Of a DNA stretch of 28,128 nucleotides, positions 12,200 through 20,800 are shown piece by piece. Each line of letters begins with the position of its first letter. Position 1 is the stretch's first letter. Under the pieces are notes generated by a model that saw only the letters and a list, made by a program, of their open reading frames with translations, ran no database searches and had not been told where the DNA came from. The DNA comes from Catajapyx aquilonaris (lineage: Eukaryota). The stretch is taken from the NCBI GenBank assembly GCA_000934665.2, contig KZ538263.1, positions 62,001 to 90,128 on the forward strand, written 5' to 3'. The position numbers and the translations under genes are program-made.

Positions 12200-14430
12200 T
12201 TATCTCAAATGCCAAAGGCCCCTGAAGTGTAGCCATTGTTGTAGTATTGTTTCAGCGGCTTTCACACCAAGTATGCTTTTCAGCACAAACTGCAATAGAA
12301 AAGCAACAATGTTACGACAAGACGACGAATTGCAGAAGAGCACAGTATAATATGGCGCACACACCAAGATTGCTTTCTGCCAGTGTTTCGTGGCAAGTTC
12401 CAATATGGGCAGGGACAGGACAATGTAGCACAGCCTCTCATGAACCCAGGGGATAAGGAAGCACTCAGGATCGGAGAAGGACTGCACATACTTCAGAGCT
12501 TGTTCCACATCGGGCCTGTCAGCAATACTTAGGCTCAGTGCCTCCTGGTACAAGCTCAGGTACCTATAAAGAAGAACCGAGGTGATGGAAATCTTTTGTA
12601 AATTTACGGCAGCCTTATAATGTGCATACGTAGCAGAGTTGGAGCTGCGGATTTTCAGTCCTTACCAAAGAGGTGGCTTGGCACCATCATCTATCTCCTG
12701 GAGTTTCTTAGCTATAAGTTTAGCTTGGGCTTTTTTACGCATTCGTTGCAGGGCCAGACTGGGAAATGAATCCAGCTTCAACGCTGCAGATCACAAGCAT
12801 AAAATTATTTGAGAATGAACGAGAATAATGTGAGTTCACTCACCGTTTGTTTTGTACGAGAACTGATCAGCCAAACTATCTTCCATGACCTCTACACTCT
12901 TTTCATACTCGCATTTCATGGCTCGATCCAGTTTCAGGTAGGCGTTACGTACCGACTTCAGCACGTGAATGGCATCCACTTCCCTGTGGCCCTTATCCAT
13001 TTGCATTTGGACAATAGACTTTTTCTCCTGCAAAACGCATGTCTGCCATGGACGAGGAAGAGTCTCCTGACCAAATATGAAGTTCATCATGGATTCATTT
13101 CCATTGGGGAGATTTTTGGAAGAAACCCTGGGGTACCCCTGATGACGATCGTGAAACAGAAACCTGAAAATGCATTAGTGACACTGACCAGGTTTAATTG
13201 CGGATTCATAACAATAGAAGCAACTCACGGTCCAGTTCTTCCATACTCATCTTCCGGAGGGAACTGAGGCTGCATTCCAACATACTCTGGAATATCGCCG
13301 GTCAGAGGAATGATAATCCTGAAGGGCAGCAAAATTCAAGCTAGACGGTGAGCCATACACACTGAATTTCCTGTGACTTTGCCTTACTTGGGTGCGCCGA
13401 GCAGTGCTTTTCCAACCTTCTTCGTGAGACTCTGCAAAGAGTATGGTTTGCGCAGTTCCTGGAGAGCGCTTGGATTCAACGTGTAGTTTGCAGCCAGGTC
13501 AGCCAGCTCCAAATTCAGCACGCTTGTAAGGAGGTGATTCACTGCATGCAAGTAATTCATCCAGAACTCGTACTTCTCAGCTTTCACGTACCTAAAACGA
13601 ACACACTTTAAGAAATTCAGTGCCTTCAATATTGTTGCGAACCAGTTGGAAATAAATGTATTTTCAAATTAAATGGGGTTGCGTCATTACTTACGGTGGA
13701 TCCTCCTTCGCAATAGCATTTGCTGCTTTACTTTTATCGTCCATCTGTTTCTTTTGTTTCATCGCATCTAGGACATTGAGTTTGGGTGGACACAGCTCCG
13801 CCAAGCTCCTCAAGTAAGGTATCCCACTACGCTGTCCTGCATTGTTATGAAAATTAAGGCATGATAGAAAGTGTATCTATTTGACCATGAGTTAAAAAAA
13901 AACAAAATCTGTCAAATTTTAATATATACCCATGTAATGGAATAGATCTTCATCTATTACACTGCATGCCAATTCGCATTAACGACACTCAACGTTATCA
14001 TACCTTTGCAGTTACAGATCAATCACAGAAAAGTAGAAACTCACGGTCCAAAATCACCCCAGACATTTTCACATGACGGGTAATGCTGGGTGTCTGCATT
14101 AGGCGTTTAGGCGGAAGTGGCAGAGTAATCTTTTCTTTGGTTCCATGAGCCACAACTATTGGCCTGGAGCCTACTGGTTTTCCATATAACTGTAAAGAGA
14201 GTGAAAGTGCAGCCAAAATAGATGCTTCCGCTCCATCACTGCATTCCGGTCGAGTTGAATTGGCAAGGTCACTTACCGCTTCATTTGGCTTCTTTGGCAA
14301 TGGGCAGGCATGCATGGAACTGGAATTTGTCGTTTGTAATTTGTTAGTCTTGTTCGTCTGCAATTGACAAGAAATAGTGACACATGAACTGCACACGAGC
14401 ATTTCATGTAAACTTGCTTACCTTCTCCAT
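12200..14430 (-). CDS. Uncharacterised multi-exon protein, about 465 aa
   Basis: Chain of phase-compatible GT-AG exons with short introns: 14430-14422 (MEK), 14357-14277, 14189-14045, 13836-13695, 13591-13388, 13318-13229, 13163-12844, 12783-12666, 12563-12365 and 12289-12200 (stop). C-terminus ...PWVHERLCYIVLSLPILELATKHWQKAILFVLKSILGVKAAETILQQWLHFRGLWHLR looks helical. No family recognised, and the 5' exons are less certain. Confidence 0.75.
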
Positions 14431-15353
14431 GATTGAAAAATTAATTGGGACAACTATAAAAGACAAGGCTATCCATGAGGGTCTAATGAATAACCCTCTT
14501 GGTGTGTCGGTCCAACCCACAAATATGCCAAATTAAGGTTACCATACATACCATGGTATTTATTGCGGTTTCCGTGGAATGCAATCTAATAGAGGCCTAT
14601 TTGGTACATAACTGGTATTGGCCGGGTATTGGCCACTTCGTAACAATGGAATCCTTCGAAGCTTCACGTGAGATGAACTGAGTCCCTCAAGTGCATGCAC
14701 ATTTCCATTAAAGTTATGAACGTTAGCAAAGTGGCTGTGTGGAGGGTACGGACATGCGTTAGGAAAGTTGTGCAAAGTATGAATGTTAGTAAAGTGATGT
14801 AGTAGATTACTATTGATGACAGTAGAGGGCACATCACCATTAGTGTTTCAAACTGATGAGATGCTACTGCATGGATTGAAGTGGAATAAAAGGAGGGGCC
14901 AAAAGGTAGTGTAAAAATAACAACACTTGAGCTGTTGTAAACATATATATTGCGTATGAAATGACAGCAGGTAGCCAACATGATCAGTCAGTCCGCTGCT
15001 TGATGTGGCCTAATCTGAAAAAAACAATAAAACATGTCAATGCTAATATATGTAACTTAACAACATGTCACGTCAGTGCACGGGTGAAAATGTTACAAAA
15101 TCTGCGCATGGACTTCAAAGGCTGAAATGTCTGTTACCGATCTTTGGCACTAAGCTGCTTATTTCTATCCAGTAACTTTTGAATGGCCATTTTCAGTATG
15201 GATCACTAATGTTGACTGTGGCCCAATATTAGGAGCCATCCTTTTAATAAGCAGTGCTCGGTGGCTGATACTAGCCAATTTGTATGGTCATTGGTGCGTA
15301 CGTACAGGATGTGGCGCATTGCCACAGACATTTGGATAGAACTCACAGTGTGG

Positions 15354-15746
15354 TCACTGGACAACTCGTGGCTGCGGATTGAACCCAATCCTCTCCCTGA
15401 CCACCTCCTGCCTGACAGTCCTGCTGCTGCTGCCGGAGGAGGAGGAGGCGGTTGCTGCTGCCAGTGGGGCGTCCCCGCTGTGGGGCATGGCCTGGGCGTC
15501 TCCAGCTGCACCGGAAGGGGTGGCAGGCGGTGGGCAGGTGGCCAGCAGCCCCGCGGAGGACGAGGAGGAGGCCACCGGGGCGGCCCCGCTGGTCCCAGCA
15601 GCAGCCGCCCCGCTCCCGCCAGCGGCGGTGACCCTGCTGTGGTGGGCCTTGCTGGCCGCGGTCGCCTCCTGCTCCCTCCGGACCGCCTCGTACTCCTGCA
15701 GGTCCTCCAGACGAAGCTCAATCCTTGTCGGGTCACGACGGATCAT
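15354..15746 (-). CDS. CDC26: Anaphase-promoting complex subunit CDC26 (APC12), 130 aa
   Basis: Starts MIRRDPTRIELRLEDLQEYEAVRREQE, matching the CDC26 signature MLRRxPTRLELKLDDIEEF. It has a low-complexity A/S/G linker and ends RERIGFNPQP, resembling the conserved RIGYKPQP. Confidence 0.92.
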   Translation of the reverse strand: MIRRDPTRIELRLEDLQEYEAVRREQEATAASKAHHSRVTAAGGSGAAAAGTSGAAPVASSSSSAGLLATCPPPATPSGAAGDAQAMPHSGDAPLAAATASSSSGSSSRTVRQEVVRERIGFNPQPRVVQ

Positions 15747-16693
15747 CTCTCCTTGCAGAAGCGATACTTTTCCCTTTCCGCAGAGGGTATATTTCTGGGC
15801 GTCAACAAGAAGCCGGCTGTACATAAAGTGAATTGCAGCTGCGTTCGTGATTTCAGTACAGGCACGACAAAAGAAACGAAATGTTGAGTGTCAACTACAG
15901 GCATGCCAAAGTTTTATGAACGTCATTAACTCACGCCATTGCCGACGGGAGAAAATACATTTAGAGACGGCTAATGTGTCCAGCACTGTACAGAATAGGA
16001 AATGGATAAATAAAGAACGTTTGTAAATATATGCAAACATTTTTTTTCCTTATAAACAACTCTGTTACAAACTACAAGTCACACTTTCTACATATTGTCC
16101 AGTGTAAAACACAGGGCAACAGCCACACAATCAGTCATCGCGTACGGATCATCGCAGTCATTTGCATTGATTACAGAAATGTAATTCGTCAGCCTTCTAA
16201 TAAGAAGGCATAGGCCCACCAAAACTGCACTGTAATATTAGCATGATCATGTAATACGCAAATGTAGCACAGCACTACAACTCGGTTAATACGCTTCACC
16301 AGTTTCTCAGTTGAAATTAAGTCAAAATAACTTGTGCGTATAAGTTACGCAATAATTTAGGTGTTCAGGTCTGATAATAAGTAAGAAATACCATATACTA
16401 TGACAAAATTTACAATGTAATGGAAATACTTCCGCTTATGACTTAGATTCATTTAGAAAGAAGGTTATCACTGCTGTCCTTGGCCCGTTCTATGAATCCC
16501 AACTCTTAATGATGTGCGACTCTATTTACAAAACCTGGATTTTCTGAGCCGTAATGTGCACTCTTGTGATGAAAAATACGGAGCACTCCAACTGAAGATA
16601 GTTTGCCATTTGTATGCTCTAAGCTGCTTAAGTCTTGTGCATTTCTAACCTAATAAAACAAATAGTTACTCAATGTATAACAACTTGCATTAA

Positions 16694-16966
16694 AGGGCCA
16701 CTGTCCCAATAATCGGACCGAATTTTATCGCAATTTAAAGTGCATTTTAAAATCATAACACGACCTTGCATCATATGGGAATGAAAGTGTCATATTTTTC
16801 TCATGATCCAAAAGGAAGATATGAGTTTTACAAGTCCGAAATAGGCTGGAGGTCATGTGACCAAGGGTGTCCTCGTGAGTACACATAATTTTTTTGGGAT
16901 ACTATGGACCAAGCGGACACATTCCATGCATTTTGTCAAATTTTTTAACTTGGAGACAAGTGCCCT
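16694..16966. mobile_element. Kolobok-like non-autonomous element downstream of the TAK1 stop
   Basis: TTAA|AGGGCCACTGTCCCA ... TGGAGACAAGTGCCCT|TGAA: imperfect TIRs starting with AGGG and a TTAA-type target site, with the right copy degenerate. Confidence 0.5.
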
Positions 16967-17851
16967 TGAATCAAACTCCCACAATTACAATGTATAGCTA
17001 CCAATCTCGGGATAAACGCTTTCGAAACAGAACAAAGAAGATGCGAATAACATGTTTTAAAATGTGATGCAACGGTTTAAACCTGAAACATAGTCGAAAA
17101 ATAAAATCAAATGTATTTTAAAACTTTGGTGAGCTTAAAGTTGCAATCAAATTTTTTATATGCATCAGTTGCGTGATAAAATTGATCTTAACTGTAATTC
17201 ACACAAATAAAGTGGATAACATCATCTAGCAGTCTTAGCTTAACCCAGTCTTCCAGCAACAGCAGTTTAGTTAGGCCCATTAGTTGCATAGTCAACAACG
17301 AATAACAATAAAAAATCAGATCACAACATGATCATAAAACTCATATGCCGTGTGAATAGCCTAGGGCCACAATGTCAAAGGGAAGAGCATTGCTCTTCAG
17401 CGCAATAGATTCACATGTGAATAACGGCACACAAATAATGCAATGGCCCACAAATAAATTTCGGCAGGGTGACTTCAGCATAAGGATACCTTCAACGCTA
17501 ACCAAAATATGACATGATTTCCAGTCTTTCGCAGACGACCTCTGTATCCCCCCCAGCAATATTTGTTGCACTGGTAAGCAGTAACACAGTGTAAACAAGC
17601 TGCGGTTTCCTATTTGGGTATGCACATCTCACTGGGAAGTAACTTGTCTCCATGAGCTTGCACATGTCCACTCACACTGGGATAGGCAAGTCTTTTCCTT
17701 ATTCGTGGAATATTTTGTCCAGTGCCAGCGATTTAAAAACCTCCTTATTCGTCTTTAAAAAAATAAGTCCATCAGGACACACGTGAATTTTAACTTACAG
17801 GAATAAACTTAACAAAAGCCAGCCAGTCAGCTGTTCGCATCAGCGCAAGTC

Positions 17852-20800
17852 TCACGATCTTTGCACCATAACCCAACCTCCGTCACCATCCCCACCTCCT
17901 CCGCCACTCCGTTCCCCTCCAGGCCCAGCACCTCCTCCATTCCCTCCTCCCCCTCCTTGCCCTGACGGTGGACTCCCCTGACCTCCTCGTTGCCGCTTCT
18001 GCTGGGCCGACTTTATGATTTCCAGTTGGCGCTTCAGGTTGCGATGAAGGTGCACCAGGCTCTCCTGAAATTAAGAAGCAATCTGTAGTCTTCCAATCTC
18101 TTAACATCATCCGCACATTACCTTCTCGCTCTGGAGTTGGCGCAACTCTGACTTGTACCGTTGGGAATCTTGCTCCTCCAGCTGGCTCAGGCCTTCCGCT
18201 TCACTCAGCTGCTCGGCCAACTCATGCTTGTACTTTGTTAGCAGTGCAAGCTCAGTCTGGACCTTCAGGTACTCTTGAGCCATCTGAAATAAAGCAGAAT
18301 AACAATCATACGCAACCTAATTTTAAAAAAAAAGTTCAGGCAGGGATGCCCCCGATACCACTTTTTACCGATTCCAATATTGGTTATTTGATTCCAATAC
18401 TGCTCCCACCACGGCTTCCGACAAGGCTTGAGGAGCCCACCTCCCAAAAAAATATCCCGGTGGCAAGCAAGCAACAAAATCTTTAAATATCCCGACTCAC
18501 ATGTGCCGCACATGTGTCATGCCCACCCCCAAAAAATGACTCACCCGCTTGTGTTCCTCAAAGATCCGCATGGACTCTTCGCAATTAATAGAAGGCGAGA
18601 TGGGATGCAACTGCGGATCCAGCATCAGGTACGCATTTTCGATCAAGTCTTGCGTGTTGGCGTCAGGACCTTGAGAGAAGACAAATCATGTTCTATATTA
18701 GTTAACTGACCCGACCCACTTTTTTTTTTTTTGGTTTGAAAAACATTTTTAAAAAAAGTTACAGCACAACACTCTTGGCGCCTGATCCCTGCCATTCGTC
18801 GCAAAAACAAACTGGTAGGAAACTCTGTGCCAACTCAGCTTAAATTGGCAACCACAACTCACGGGGAATCCCTAACATCCTGGGTCAGTCCCTGACTGTA
18901 CCGTAGCTATTGGTCAAGATTCGGTGAGAAAAAAGTTGATCCTGCACGTCACGCAGCTAGTGCTACAAGTGTGCAGTTGCATAACGTTCAGGATGCTAAT
19001 TCCAACTGCCTCAAAATAAATACTGCAAATAAGTCATGTAGATAATATTTTATTTTTGGTTGCATGGTACTCACAATATTAACGCCAAGGTCAACTATTA
19101 CATACATTAATTCAAGACAAGTTTCAGCACTCTCAGTAGTCTGAAAGTGGGTTAGGTAGCCGTGACATATTTACAAACTTTCCTATCGTACATATATAAA
19201 GCGGAATGTTTGTTGGTATGTACCCATGTCACGGCTACCTAACCCACTTCCGGAGTACTGGCATTGCTGAAACTTGGCACACCGACGTCTTACGTGCATC
19301 TGATTCCGGGAAAAGGCCGAAAACCGCACTTTTTTTAAAGTCTAAATGCCCAAAATTTTGGATTTTGTTTGTTAAAAAAAAATTGTGGCACATATTTCTT
19401 AATTATTCATCAATCACTGTGTGAAGACCCCTGCTAGTTCATACTATAAGAGATTAATGAAAATCACATCATAAGACACGACACTGACTGAGCCAAACGG
19501 TCAACTACTCATGTCCCGTCTCCGAGCCGTGACCCAACCTTGTCCCGTCTCCCGAGTCGTGACACATGTCCCGTCTCCAAGCCGTGACCAAAACTTGTCC
19601 CGTCTCCCGAGTCGTGACACGTGTCCCGTCTCCGAGCCGTGACCCGTGACCCAAACTTGTTCCGTCTCCCCAGTCGTGAAACATGTCCCGTCTCCGAGCC
19701 GTGACCACAGCTTGTCCCGTCTCCGGTCTCCCCAAGCCGGGACATATTAAACGCGTGTAGCCTCCTTCTCTTTGAATGCACTGTGTAGAAAGAGCAAGTC
19801 GTTGACTTCCCCGGCAGGTAGCCTGGCCCTGTTGTTGGTGACGACGCTTCCTCCGACGCTGAACAGTCGTGACGATGGTACGCTGGTGGCGGTGACGCAC
19901 AGGTACTTCCTGGCTATCCTGGCCACGTTCGGGTACTTGGTCTCGTTCATCTTCCACCACCTCATGGGGTCCAGCTCCGTCTTGTTCTCCTGGCGGTACC
20001 TGGCCGCCTCGTGCGTCTCGTGCGCCTCGTCGTCGTCCTCACTGTCGCTGTCGTCCAACAGCCACTTCCTCTTCTTCTTATTATTGTCCTCAGCAGCTCG
20101 TGGTTCGCTCCCTTTGGCGATCCGCAACACCTCGTCGTACAGCTGGCTCCAGACCTTGTTCCGCTCCGGCTGGGTCAGGAACTTCAAGGCTTTGAACCTG
20201 GTGTCCATTGCGGAACACTTGCGGTACAGCTCCATCCGCTGCATGCTGCTCGCAATGGCGTCAACCACCTTCCGCTTCAGGTCTCGCACGCACTCGTGGT
20301 CCCCCTTGTCCACCAGGGTTTTGGTCAGCTTGTGGAATATGGTGAGGACCACCGATCCGCTGATGTAGCTCTCATCCCCGAGGCAGGTCATGGCCTCTGC
20401 TAACGGCTCCAGGGCAGACACGATGGCCTCCATCTGTGCCTGGTCAGTCTCATCCAATCGGAGGTCGCTTGAAGCCTCCTCCAGCGTGGCATTGACCGCT
20501 TTTGAGTGAACACACAGGGATTGAAGCATGGTACGGGTCGAGTGCCACTGCTGCGGAACATCCTTCTGCAGCTTGGTACTTGCCAGTCCGTACCTCTGCT
20601 GGCTCCTCTCAAGCGCCTGTTGGTTCTTAGTCAACTGCGCCACAATCAACCGCCCCTTCTTCAGAGTGTCCGCGACCGTTTCGTCCATCGCCGCGCACAC
20701 GCTGTCACGTATGATATGCCCCGCGCACGGTACGGCCTCGTTATCAATCGGACTGGACGTTACGTACGCAACGACCTTCCCAGCCAATCCCCACCGCTCC

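Noticed and set aside
15206..15887. Overlapping ORFs of 150-208 aa
   Set aside because: Alternative frames of the GC-rich, low-complexity CDC26 CDS.
18340..18400. CAGGGATGCCCCCGATACC... hAT-end-like fragment as a terminus of the ZBED element
   Set aside because: It lies in a different TAK1 intron, beyond exon 18669-18545, and no partner TIR was found.
19510..19744. CRISPR-like appearance of the repeat array
   Set aside because: Eukaryotic context, spacers only a few bases long and repetitive, and no cas genes.
19505..19960. ORFs reading through the tandem array
   Set aside because: Repetitive translations produced by the repeat itself.
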